From: Guillardia theta CCMP2712
Taxonomy: Eukaryota > Protista > Cryptophyta
DNA length: 35,136 bases
Assembly: GCF_000315625.1 (NCBI RefSeq)
Contig: NW_005434606.1
Span: 297,131-332,266 of the forward strand
Reading direction: 5' to 3'
This document shows positions 16,565 to 27,877 of the stretch, in pieces. The notes below the pieces were generated by a model. It worked only from the letters and a program-made list of their open reading frames with translations. It ran no database searches and was not told where the DNA came from. Numbering within the stretch: position 1 is the stretch's first letter; every line of letters starts with the position of its first letter. The translations under genes were made by a program, and so were the position numbers.

Positions 16565-16683
16565 TTGATGTCTGTACACTTGATGCTGTATGGTAGAATG
16601 TGATCCCGTCACCTCTCCCCTCCTTGTTTGGCTTCCCTCGGCGCCTTGCGGCAATGTGTCCTGTACTGACTGGATCCATACAG

Positions 16684-18163
16684 ACGGGCACCCGAACATC
16701 TTAACCTTCCTGGACTGCACATACGATCAGGTTGAGGGACCTGTCTGCTCCTCCCTCAGCGTTCATGATGGTGACGAGCAGGCAACGTCAAGGTTCATCA
16801 TTGCTACGGAATGGATGGATTGCCTTTCACTGCGGGATCACATGCCCCCTGGTCGGCCCATTCCCGAGCCCGTGAGGAGGAGAGGAGGAGGAGATTGATG
16901 GGCTGATGTCCCTTCAGGCTGTTGGTGGCATCATATCCCAGACCGTCTTCGGACTGGCCCACCTTCACAGGTACGTGCTGTTCGGGTATACACACGTGTC
17001 GACTGATGCTTGTGCTGTGTGAACAGTGTTCAGCACACTGCACATCGAGACATCAAACCCAGCAACATTCTCCTCAACTCAGCAGGTTGGCGCATGTCTT
17101 TGTCTAGACATGTCGCCCGGACAACTCAGGTGTACCTTACAACTTCGTCTTGGCAGGGAATGTGAAGATTACAGACCTTTGTCAAAGTCGACAACTTGCG
17201 CAGACTCTCGATATGATGGGCACGTATGTCGGTCAGACACTTTACATGTCACCAGAGAGGATACAGGTATGGACGCACAGGATGGTCCTCCTTTGTCTTG
17301 AGCGTATCTCTTGATGCTCTTCTACCTCTTTCCTTGGGTGCTTCATCGTGCCGTCTATGACCGGCGATGTTCTTTGTCGTTATCTGTTGCCTTCGTCCTC
17401 GACCTTCACTTCTCCTGCTCCTCCTCCTCCTCCTCCTCCTCCTCCTCCTCCTTTCCTGTTGTCCTGTTCTTCTCCTCCTCTCCCCTCTCCTCCTTCGCCT
17501 TCTCCGTGTCGTGCTCCTTCTCCTTCTCCTTCTTCTGCTTGCTCTGCCTCATCCTGTCAAGTCTCTCTGCAGGAGAATGAAGTTTTCTCCTCATGCGTAA
17601 TTTCAGGGTGCTCGTTACACGGCAAATTGTGACGTGTGGAGCGTGGGGTTGATAGCGATGATTGAAGACAACGAGCCTCCCAGGCTGAACCCTGCGGTGA
17701 CCGCAAAGCTGCTTCCTCCTCCTCATCGATGCTGACTCGCTCCCAGACTTGCGGGGCAACTGAGGAGGCGGCAAACTTCTGCAGAGCGTGTCTAGAGTAC
17801 GAGTGAGTGTTTCCTCCTTCTACCTCCCCTTCCTTCCACCCAACATCCTTGTCCTCGTCCCGAACTCCCACCCGCCCCCTTGCTCTTCCTCCTTCCCTCC
17901 TCCTTCCCTTCCCTCTCTTTCTCCCTCCCTACCCCCCGCATCTCCCTCCCTCCCTCCCTCTTCCTCCCTCTCTTCTCTTTGCCTTCCTCATCTTCTCCCT
18001 CTTCCGCTGCTCCCGACTAAACGAGGGCCCATCCGTTGACCGCTGCCGCAGCCAAGAAGTTCGCGTGCATTCGGCGCAGCTCTCGCAACATCCTTGGGTT
18101 CAGCGACACCAGCCCCCGGCAGGCTGTCAGGCCATCGCGGGATGGCTGGCGTGTGCTACATAG
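16684..18163 (+). CDS. STE7/MAP kinase kinase-like protein kinase; N-lobe not found, possibly a pseudogene
   Basis: Exons: 16684-16730 GHPNILTFLDCTYDQ; 16782-16871 ..IATEWMDCLSL..; 16918-16970; 17027-17085 HRDIKPSNILLNSA; 17157-17266 GNVKITDLCQSRQLAQTLDMMGTYVGQTLYMSPERIQ; 17607-17696 GARYTANCDVWSVGLIAMIEDNEPPRL; 17747-17802; 18052-18163 ..QLSQHPWV..stop. HRDIKPSN and YMSPERI are MAP2K hallmarks. Confidence 0.88.
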
Positions 18164-18355
18164 CACGCGTTACCCGGGGAACAGAAGAGGGGGGGGGGGG
18201 GGGGGGGGGAAATGAAGGAGGAAGGGAACGGGGAAGGAGCTGTTTTCTGTTCTTGGTTGTAGATTTGGGTAGGAGAGGTGCGGGTGATTCTTTTTCTCAG
18301 CTCCTTGCATTTTGGTCTTTCGCTGCAAGGAGGTTTCAATAGATTGACTTGTAAA

Positions 18356-18451
18356 GTATGACCCATGTGTAGCTGCTAACACCTGACGGTATGACCCACG
18401 TGTAGCTGCTAACACCTGATGGTATGACCCACGTGTAGCTGCTAACACCTG
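18356..18451. repeat. 33-bp tandem repeat x3 (gtatgacccacgtgtagctgctaacacctgacg)
   Basis: Three near-identical copies overlapping the likely stop codon and 3' UTR of the minus-strand TF gene. Confidence 0.93.
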
Positions 18452-19849
18452 GCCGCTGCAAACTCGACGAAGGGGCGGAAGAGATCGTCTACCTCGTGCT
18501 CCAGCCGCATCAGCGACCGCTGCCCCTGTTGAAGCATGTCAGAGGCCATCGAGAGGGAGGAAGAGGGAGGGGAAGAAGCTTGGGGAGGAGCAAGATGATC
18601 AGGAGGTCAAACATGTGGCAAGAGGAGGAGCAGGAACACAGGGTGGAGGAGCCGGTGGATCGAGCAGCGGCCCTGACCTCCACATTCTCCTTCATGGTCC
18701 GGAACGTCTGTGAGAAGAGAGAGTCGTAGTTGGCCGAGTGGAGGAGCTCCTCCCCGTCTCTTTGATCTCCCACACGCGCCATCAGAGGTCGGCATGTCCT
18801 GGGCTCGCTCCTGCCACAACGTTACCTCCCTCCCCTACCCAAGACCTGCCTTCTCCCCTCCTCTTCCTCTCCTTCCTCTACCCCTCTGCCCTCCTCTTCC
18901 CACTTCTCCTCTCTTCTCCCCTCCTTGCCCACCACCCACTTCTCCTCTCCACTGCCCTACTCTGATCTCCCATTTCCTCTCCCTTCCGTCCTCCCCCCCC
19001 CCTCGCCTCTCCTCCTCCTTTCGCCTCTCCATGACGCACAAGAGCGATTGATCGTATTCGGAGGGCGTCAGCCGGTGCAGAATGTTCATGACTTTGATAA
19101 CCCTGAGGAGAAGAACAAGTCAGAGATGAGCATAGGAGCCAAGTGAGAAACGAACGAGTTGAGAGATAAGATGAGGGGGATTAGAGGGAAGGAAAGTCGA
19201 GGGCTAGGAAAGGGTTGAGAGAAAGGACGGGTGAGGACGAATACGGGAAGATAAGGGAGAGCGGGAGCAGGACGGAGGACGGAGGACGGAGAAGGAGGGG
19301 AGGGGAGGAGGAGGACGGAGGAGAGAGAAGCAAGGGAGGACGAAGGGATGCACGAGGAAATGTATATGCGATTACCTTCCGAGGGAGTCTCTTTGTTTGA
19401 TCGATGTGAGTCGAACAAGAAGAGGATCTATCAGCTTTCCGCTCTGAATTCCCAAGTCAGTTTCTCTCCATCCTCCCATTCTCCTCTTCATCTCGCCTCC
19501 TCCTCCTCCTCCTCCTCCTCCTGCCCCCCCTTCCGCTTCGTGTCCCTCTCCCTGCTCTCCCCTCCTATCCACTCCCCCCTTATCCCCCTCCTCCTCCCTC
19601 CCTGCTTTTCCACAAAAGTCCTATCCTCCTCGCAATTCTTCTCCCCTGCCCTCGGTCTTCCTGAGATCTCACCTTCGGGATCCCTGCGGAGGACTTCCCC
19701 TCCGCGAACGACTTTCGACCAGGACCTGAACGTGATGTCATCTGCCAACAGACTCAATGAGATGTGAGAGGAGAGGCTGAGGGAACTGAACGGGAGAGCG
19801 GAGAGAATGATTGTCAACCAGGCAGGGCGAAGAGGAAGAGGAAGACGAA

Positions 19850-19915
<66 letters not shown>

Positions 19916-20182
19916 AGGAGAGGCTAGGGGGAGCAGCACACATGTCATGCTGCCGAAAAACTCGAGCTCGGAGTGCGGAAGTGCGTTGTCGCAGTTGCCT
20001 AGGCGCGCGAGCATCTCGTCCGGGTGCATGTTCATGAAGTTTGCGATGCCTGAGCTGATCTGAAGGAGGAGAACGTAAGAGGGAGGGTGAAGAAGAGCAA
20101 GGAAGAAGAGGAGGGACGATGAGAGAAGGGAAAAAGGATCTCAGAATAAACAAAATGCCGGAGCAGGAGCAGAAGCAGAAGC

Positions 20183-20253
<71 letters not shown>

Positions 20254-22588
20254 AAGTCCTGACCTCTAATTTCGTTCGAGACATCGTTAAAGGGTCAACA
20301 TCCATAATCCAGTACCTGATCCATCTGTCACCTCCAACTCCACGTCCACCATCAACAACAACACTACCCCCTGCACTCTTTCTCCTCTGCTTCCCCTACT
20401 ACTTTTCAGCGCTGCCCGGCCAACACCCATCCCACCTCGTCCTCAACCATTCATCATCAACAACGTGTGCATCCCTCTTCCTCTCCCTCCTCCTCCTCCT
20501 CCTCCTCCTCCTCCTCCTCCTCCCTTCCCCCTCAACTAACCCCGAATTTGAGTCTAGCGGCATAGTGTCCTTCAGATTTTCGATGTCAAAGGGCCCAGCT
20601 GCTCGTGATACAATCAGTGTTCCTTGATGTCATCATCATCATCGCCATCTCAATCATCACCAACATCATCACTACCGCCACAACCATTAATACCGCCGCC
20701 ACTTCTAGCACCACCACCACCACCACCACCACCACCACCACCAGCGACAACAACAACAAAACAAAACAAAAACACCATCAGCACCATCAGCACCATCAGC
20801 ACCATCAGCACCAACAATCACAAAGTCGCAATCATCTCCAGATTCATTATCATTTTTGTTTTGCATCTTACCCTCTTGCAACTCTGATCTCATCATCGCT
20901 GAGAATTCTCCAAACTTACCCCTGAGCAGAAATCAAGAGCTGCATCATGAAAACAGCGCAAAGGAAAGAGAGAAGACAGATAAGATAGGAAAAGACAGGA
21001 CAGGAAAGGAAAGGAGGGAAGCTGATGTGAGAAGGAGCACGAGAAGTTCAGAGAGTAGCAAGAGGAGCAGGAGGCAGCACGGGAGGAGGAGCATGAAGAT
21101 AAGTTGCTTGCCCGAGAATCATCCTCTCGATCGATCGGAGCCCGCGATCAAAAGCTGTTCGAACGGCGTAGGGCATTTCAAGGAACATGGTTGTGAGCCT
21201 ATGAGAACGCTAATGAGGGACCAGGAGCAGAGGAGGAGGAGGAGGAGGGAGGACGGGAGAGGAGGAGAAGGGAGGACGAGTAGGAGGAGGAGGGTAGATG
21301 GGCAGGAGGAGGGCAGGGGAGGAACAAGTGAAGGCAAGGAGAGACTGACATATGCGAGCTGTATCCAGCTTGCCAGATTGCTTTCAAGATGAGAGGAGAG
21401 AGTTGAATGCGGTGAATGTCTCGACCCTAACATGCATTCAGTGACCCTGACGCAGAGGAGATTTCAGGAAAGAGGCGAGGGAGGGAGGGGAGGAGGGGTT
21501 GAGGGAGAGAGAAGACAACAAAGGAAGATATTGAGAGCAAAAATGGCAAACAAAGATGATCGTTCCGAAATTGCTATTAAGTTCAGAGCAGAGCAGAGCA
21601 GAGCAAGAAAAAGGGGGAGCAACACAATGAACAAGCCATTACAAAGTTTGTGGCGCGGTCCCATAGAAACAAGTGCATGGCTGTCTGCAAGGGCCTCCAA
21701 ACATGATCAGTCGACTGCGCTTCATATTCATCCCAGTTGTCCCTGAAACAAACATTCCCATCAGATGCAAACATAACATGCATCGAAAAAGAGAAAGACC
21801 AACAAACGCGATTTCACGCTGTCATCTCAACACATCACATGACAATGATGATCGTGTTCACATCGCTTACAGTTGACGGAAGTAAAACTCTTTGATTTCA
21901 TCGACTGTCTGATTTCTTTCATCATCCTTCTCCCAGCTCGACGTATCGAAACCCCCTCCAAGTTGATAGCTAACAAGATCAAAAGCTGATTCAGGAGGAG
22001 GGGAGAAATCTTGAACGTTGTCGTAAAACTCTTCCACGGCCTGCAACAAACGCGTATATCATCAACGTGACTTTCGACTTATGCCATTGTCATCAACCAG
22101 CACTTGAATGTATCGTCATCCTTCGTATCCTACCACTAATTTTGCCAACCCTTCCCCTCCTCCCCCTCACAGTACGAACAACACTGACCCTTTGATGCGA
22201 TTTCGGAGTCTCGACGTTGAGGTGTTGACTTGGAACATTCTCTGAAACATCACCTTCAAGCACACCTGCAACAACCCATCACAGCTCGAACGAGCCCATC
22301 GACACCATCAACAAGCTTCGTCCAAGGGGAGGACGATACAAGGACAAGCTCAAGATACATCAGAGACAGAGGGAGGTAGTAAGGGAACGAGTCATCGGCA
22401 CAGACCAGCTGTTTCCTGCACTCTCTCCCTCTCTTCATTCTCGTCTACGCATTCGTCCTGTTTTCCCAACGAGATACACGTCGAGCCTGGCACTAGAGTG
22501 AGCCTCCATCGCAGCCTCAACCTCCTCCCGCACATGGTCGCTTCTTGTCGCACTTGACTTTTCGTCGCTTGCAAGTTGCACATGAAGG
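18442..22588 (-). CDS. Zn(II)2Cys6 (Gal4-type binuclear cluster) transcription factor, multi-exon; start codon upstream of 22588 not resolved
   Basis: Exons 22588-22534 and 22486 onward, joined over a 47-nt intron, give PSCATCKRRKVKCDKKRPCSTCISLGKQDEC (C-x2-C-x6-C-x5-C-x2-C-x8-C). Further exons include AVEEFYDNVQDF.., DNWDEYEAQSTDHVWRPLQ.., LTTMFLEMPYAVRTAFDRG.., ISSGIANFMNMHPDEMLARL.., ..EVDDLFRPFVEFAAARC-stop. Confidence 0.85.
19843..19915. repeat. (GGACGA)n hexamer repeat
   Basis: About 11 copies, intronic. Confidence 0.95.
20160..20255. repeat. (GGAGCA)n hexamer repeat
   Basis: About 15 copies including variants, intronic. Confidence 0.95.
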
Positions 22589-22727
22589 CTAAGAGACCAG
22601 AGAGTTAGGCGAATGAGGAACACAACCAAGAAGAGCACAACAAAGTCCAACATGCAAGACAGTCGAGCATACAAACATGTTGAATGTTGCTCGGTTAGAA
22701 GTTCATGCATGCATCTCAAGCATGTTT

Positions 22728-22813
22728 TCATGCAGGTATCATGCAGGTATCATGCAGGTATCATGCAGGTATCATGCAGATATCATGCAGGTATCATGCA
22801 GGTATCATGCAGG
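22728..22813. repeat. 11-bp tandem repeat (tcatgcaggta) x ~7.5
   Basis: Read directly; one copy has a g-to-a change. Confidence 0.95.
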
Positions 22814-24358
22814 AGCAATACCTTTGGCTCCTTCCGTGTACAAAGTTCTCCCTGCCCTGGAAGGGGCCGTCACAAAGCTACCACAGCCATGTCAACCAAC
22901 CCTTGGAGATGCAGAGACTGCATGGCATCTTGCCATCGCATTTCCGTTTCTGCACAAGTGTCACATGCCATGTTACATGTTTGACTACCACTCTGCTGTC
23001 TTCCACAAAGATTTTACAGCAACAAACATATTCCAACAAGGAACATGCACTACCAAGGACGTAGCACATATCAAGTAAGCTTGAAGCAGATGTGGTGATA
23101 TTCGTGACCTCCATGATTTGACATGGCAGAGACACAGATATCACAATGCTGAGCAAGCGACAGAGAAGATGCACAAAGGATTCCCATCCACAAACTTGAG
23201 GAATGGGTGGTGAACCAATCAGCATGAAGTGCGGCGCTTGTAGGGAGATCGAGGGCAATGCATGCGCAGCAACTTGGTTGGTGTCTTGTTTGATCATCAT
23301 AAATCTTCTTCTCTCAGGCCATTTCTTACCATTCTTCGGCATTGAACGCAGGCCTTCCCCCACATGCCTTCGCTCATTTTCCGTACGGTTCCGCAGGGTA
23401 GTCCGACGGGGAATGCCGCCGGGACCCTACCTCCGCATCAGTTTACCACCCACCCTTCGAGTATGTGGAAGGATTCCAATGAGTACCCACTGCTGAGGAA
23501 TTTTCCTATGAATGTGGGGGTGTATTTGTTAAGGACGGGTGGTATGTACCTAATTGTTGTGCCACTACCCCTCCATTGAGCTCGGAGCCTTATTATTATG
23601 GGGCCACTAATGAAATATCTATTTTGAAATTTACGTACACTTTCATACATCAATTTTAATGTATGGTAAGTCATTTAAATTGACTTCATTCATATATACA
23701 CAGCGAAATATATATAATTAACCTTATATTATTTGTACTATCACAATAATGACCTGATTATATAAATAACCCTACCTTCGCACACACAGAGGAGAGCAGG
23801 TGCCAATTTCGCTTCCACCTGCAACTGGATCCGATCACCGACTGTGATCAGACAGTCTCGTTATTCGTCACTGTCAATGGTACCGCAATTTGTGTCCTGC
23901 TACTGCTTCCAGGCAGCTTACACTGTGACGGCGCCGGGCCACGTGACCTCTTGCATACTCTGTACCGGCGTAGGCGCCGAAAGCAGGCCATCCTAATTAG
24001 CCAAGAGGTGAAAGTTTGCAAAAAGTTTTTGACCGATAAGATTAATCGCCCCTTATTATGCAAAGACGGTACGTGAGGCGGACCTGGAATGGGCAATTCG
24101 ACGGTTGCGGCAGCGAACGTGCTTTTTTAACGAACCTGCGAAATGGCAGTTGGTGAAGAAGCGAACATCGTAGGAGAGCTCTGAAGGAGAAGAGCAGATC
24201 AGAGAAAAGCAGAGCAGAGCAGAGGACAAGAGAGGAGAAAAGTGGGTAAGAGAGGAGAGGAGAGGCAAACGTGCAGGAAGGACGAGCCGAAGCACATCTC
24301 CTGTCCCGTTTGGACACTGCCATTGATCAAGTGACCCGTTCCCCTTGGTCGTGGTGAA

Positions 24359-25864
24359 ATGCCTTCCGACACAATCAACAGCCCTCGCTCCTGGCTGCCT
24401 CCCCTCACCTCCAAATCCCAGCAGCTGATCCTGAACAAGACCTTCAAGGGCAATCCTGCTGAAGGATCAGTCTTTGGAGGGACAGTCAAGCTGCAGAAGC
24501 TCTCAGAGGAAGACGATGAGGAGGTCGACAAGTTCTTTGTGGATCGCTTCTACCGCCTGCAGGATCGCGGGAGCCGGAAGATTATTCTTGGATGCAAGTA
24601 CGAGTCGTCCAAGGGGGAAGGGAGGCTAAGGATGGCCTTCGAACCTGACGGCAGTAGCAGCAGTGAGATCTCGACCGTGAGCATCGAGCGTATCCTGTCC
24701 CTCGTGCATGATGCCGAGGGCGAGCGTGACTCGCTGGGCTCTGGAGAGATTTTCAGGAGGAGGGTGGAGCTGCTCGCCGAGTGCTGCGGGTGGGTGGAGC
24801 TGAAGCAGATGACGCTGAAGCAGCTTGCCCGAGCAGTCGAGCTTTACTTCGAGTCGTTCCAGGAGGTCCTGCTGGGAAGGCCGATGCTCGAGGGAGCAAC
24901 GGCTACTGTGATGACGGACAAGGAGCGCGCTCCTCTGACCCCACAGCTGCTGCTCGCCAACCACAAGAGGAAGGAGGTAGAGTCTTGGAGGAACAAGAAG
25001 CGGGCGGAGGCCAGGAGGAAGCAAGTGGAGATCGACGCTCTCGCCAAATCGATCGAGGAGGAGAACGCAGTCACAGCTGAGCTCATTGTGTCCCCCAAGG
25101 CCTGGACGAGGAAGGGGCAGTTGGAGATCGCAGAGATGAAGAGGGCGACTCGGCTGAAGGAGGCAGACAAGGAAACGAAGGAGCGAGAGCTTGCGGCCAT
25201 CTCCAAGGATGCAGAGATGGATGTGAAGAGTGTGTTGGAGGACATGTGGAGGACGGCAGAGGAGGAGACGAGGAGACAATATGAGCTGGAGTACACCGCG
25301 CTCAACGATAGCTTCATCGAGCCGCGCGTGGGGCAGAGAGTCCGGCACACCGCACTCTTCCTCCATCACCTGAGGAGGAAGGGAGGGCTGGACAAGTCCC
25401 TTGCTCCGGGCTCCTGCGAGCACCTCAAGAAGACTTCCTCCCGCTGGTTCGGCAACAAGACGTTCCAGGATGGAAACTTCCCTGACATTCCTGTGGGGGT
25501 CCTGGCGGACCATGGCGGGGTGGGGACGGTGAAGGTGGTTCACAGGGAGGGAGATCGGGTGCTGGTCTCGTGGGACAGGACTGGAAGGATGGGGTGGTAC
25601 AGTACCGGGTACATGTGCAGGTACCACCTTGCCATCTGCGATCAGGACGAAGGGGTGGGGACGACAGGGTGTACGGAGGGGCTGACGAGCCTGCGGCTCA
25701 TGACCAACAGGGTGGACATGCACTTCAGTGAAGCGGCGATGAGGAAGGAGATCAGAAAGCAGAACGCGTTGGGTACCACACGGGCGCTCCCAGACACTCA
25801 GAAGGAGGGGCAGAAGCACATTGGAAGGGACTACGACAGGATGAAGGGGACGGGATACCTATGA
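24359..25864 (+). CDS. 501-aa intronless protein: central coiled coil and C-terminal MIB/HERC2-like domain
   Basis: Long ORF with GC3-rich codons and an E/K/R/A-rich helical middle. PRVGQRVRH...GGVGTVKVV..GDRVLVSWDRTGRMGWYSTGYMCRYHL resembles the MIB/HERC2 pattern G.RV...GG.GTV...V.WD.G...Y..G...YDL. The domain call is weaker than the CDS call. Confidence 0.85.
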   Translation: MPSDTINSPRSWLPPLTSKSQQLILNKTFKGNPAEGSVFGGTVKLQKLSEEDDEEVDKFFVDRFYRLQDRGSRKIILGCKYESSKGEGRLRMAFEPDGSSSSEISTVSIERILSLVHDAEGERDSLGSGEIFRRRVELLAECCGWVELKQMTLKQLARAVELYFESFQEVLLGRPMLEGATATVMTDKERAPLTPQLLLANHKRKEVESWRNKKRAEARRKQVEIDALAKSIEEENAVTAELIVSPKAWTRKGQLEIAEMKRATRLKEADKETKERELAAISKDAEMDVKSVLEDMWRTAEEETRRQYELEYTALNDSFIEPRVGQRVRHTALFLHHLRRKGGLDKSLAPGSCEHLKKTSSRWFGNKTFQDGNFPDIPVGVLADHGGVGTVKVVHREGDRVLVSWDRTGRMGWYSTGYMCRYHLAICDQDEGVGTTGCTEGLTSLRLMTNRVDMHFSEAAMRKEIRKQNALGTTRALPDTQKEGQKHIGRDYDRMKGTGYL

Positions 25865-26141
25865 GTGGATGTGGCGGGGTGGGGCGAGGGAGAGGGAGGG
25901 AGAGAGATGTAGGAGGAGAGGGGCGATTGAGCTCAGTTGTCATGAGGGATCATCGAGTTTGGCAGAGACAGTGATAAGACATGAAATGCATTCAGCACGC
26001 AAGGCCATTCTCTCAGTGTAATCACCACAACTGTTCCTGAAAATTAAAAAAGGACGCAAAATTTAATTCGCCATACAATACAACAATCAAAACTTATCTA
26101 CAAATACCGCCTCTCTCTCCCCCCTACATGCTCAAGCACAC

Positions 26142-26904
26142 TCATGCCACGATCCCGTCCGGTTTAGGTCCCAGAGCCTCCGAGCTGTTGAAAGAGTCTC
26201 GTATCATGTCCTCCAGCCCCAGCTCCTCCTCCTCCTCCTCCTCCTCCTCCTCCTCCTCGGAGTCTGCCTGTACACTCCGTCAGCCCCTCCAATCGCATCC
26301 CTCCCTGCCCTCACCTCAGCCTCCTGCCTCGCCTTGTCTACCCGCTTCTCAAAGGCGGCGTACATGTGCTGTACCCCCAGCTTGTTGCACGCCCACTGCC
26401 GCCCCGTCATCTCCCACACCACCTGCACGTCCGCCTCTCTCTCTCACCGCCAGGTAAGGCTTCGCTACCAGCCCCTCGTCGTTGGTGAACACGTCCTCCA
26501 GGATCGTCGACAGCTGCTCGCCCTTTCCTCCCCTCGCCTCCTCCTCCAGCGTCTCTTGCAACACCTGCCCAGCAAGTCAGGCCTCCTCCCCTCCCGCTCC
26601 TCTGCAGGGACACCTTGCTCAAGCTCCCGAGCTCCGAGAACACCTTCTTCATCCCTCCATGCTTCGGCGGCACCTTGTCTTGCCACTGCCTGTACGCTAC
26701 CTCCCTCACCGCATGGAACCGAAAGTCTTCCGCATCCAGCGGCTTCTTGTCGGGGCTGCCGCCTTCCGCGATATCATGCGACATGAGGCATTGGAGAGAC
26801 GTGTAGCGGCAGAGTTGACGTTTCTTCTCCTCTCTCAACTTCCTTTCAGCCAGCATCGCGAGCTCAGCGGCGGAGAAGATGTCTTGGGTCTTGAGTGCGC
26901 TCAT
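26142..26904 (-). CDS. Unknown ~206-aa protein, paralogue A (4 exons, acidic C-terminal tail)
   Basis: Exons 26904-26614 MSALKTQDIF..GSLSK, 26564-26469 VLQETLEEE..NDEGL, 26422-26315 VVWEMTGRQW..RQEAE, 26267-26142 ADSEEE..PDGIVA-stop. Introns are 46-49 nt, GT-AG, phase 0. Confidence 0.75.
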
Positions 26905-27877
26905 CCTGAGGTAACTGATCTGTGCAAAGCATCAGGCCGTCAGCATCCATCATCCCTCCTAAGATCAGCATTATGACATTTTGCAACCATTTTTTCGTTT
27001 CTTGCATTCTTGTCTAACCTGTGTTTTAAGCTCTTGCTTGCATCGTTCAGCCATCTTTATTGGTCATGCTGGGTCGGGAGGGTTGAGAGGAGCCTTTCGA
27101 AACTACCGTGTGCTTTGACATGTTGGTCTTACACTTCAAGGTATAAATAAAGCATTATCTGATCCTTTCGCTGCTGTTTGGCTATTTATGAGATACCCCG
27201 CCCCGACAACCAAACACTAACACTCTGGTTTGCTCTCCCCCTCTCCCCCTCTCCCCTTCTCCCCCTCTCCCCCTCTCCCCCTCTCCCCCTCTACCCCTCT
27301 ACCCCTCTACCCCTCCCCTCCTCTCCTCCTCTCCTCCTCTCCTCCTCTCCTCCTCTCCTCCTCTCCTCCCCTCCTCCTCCCCTCCTCTCCTCCTCTCCTC
27401 CTCTCCTCCTCTCCTCTGTTCATCGTTCTCTCTTCCTGCCCCTTGTTGTCTTGACCGTGACATGCGAACTGCCCATTTCTAGTGAACCCTCCGAGCCCAG
27501 TACCCCCACCCTCTCTTCTAAAGGAACGATTGCCCCTTATTGCCGAATTTTACCCCTCCTTTGAACGTTTTTGGTACCCCTCCTAGACAAGCTTTAGAGG
27601 GTCAAATACTCCAGGTCAATCAGTGTACGTACGCTGTAAGTTCAAGGGGTCGTCTTGTAAATTTGAAATGTCACTTCTCAGGTTGAAAAATTGAGTATAT
27701 ACGTTTTGAAATGGGCTGGGGGTCGCTAGAGCCTGAGATCTGAAAAGATGTCTTTTGAAATCTCGGGTTTTCCCTTGTAAGGTCAACGAGGCCATGACTG
27801 CTATTTTAAAAACAGTTGAGTTGCGCAGCGCAAGGCTGACCAGCAGTACGTGATGAGACTGGTAGAGTAGTTAAAAC

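Noticed and set aside
20872-20921. Apparent 2-nt micro-exon (cag|GG|gtaag) in the Zn2Cys6 gene
   Set aside because: A normal 50-nt exon (GKFGEFSAMMRSELQE) from the same acceptor to the next gtaag fits the phases without stops.
24626-25819. 397-aa antisense ORF
   Set aside because: Shadow of the GC3-rich 501-aa plus-strand CDS; Leu/Pro/His-rich composition is typical of antisense frames.
26423-26447. Apparent 25-nt ultra-short intron in both paralogues
   Set aside because: An upstream in-phase donor (ctg|gtagcg) gives a 46-nt intron, matching local intron sizes.
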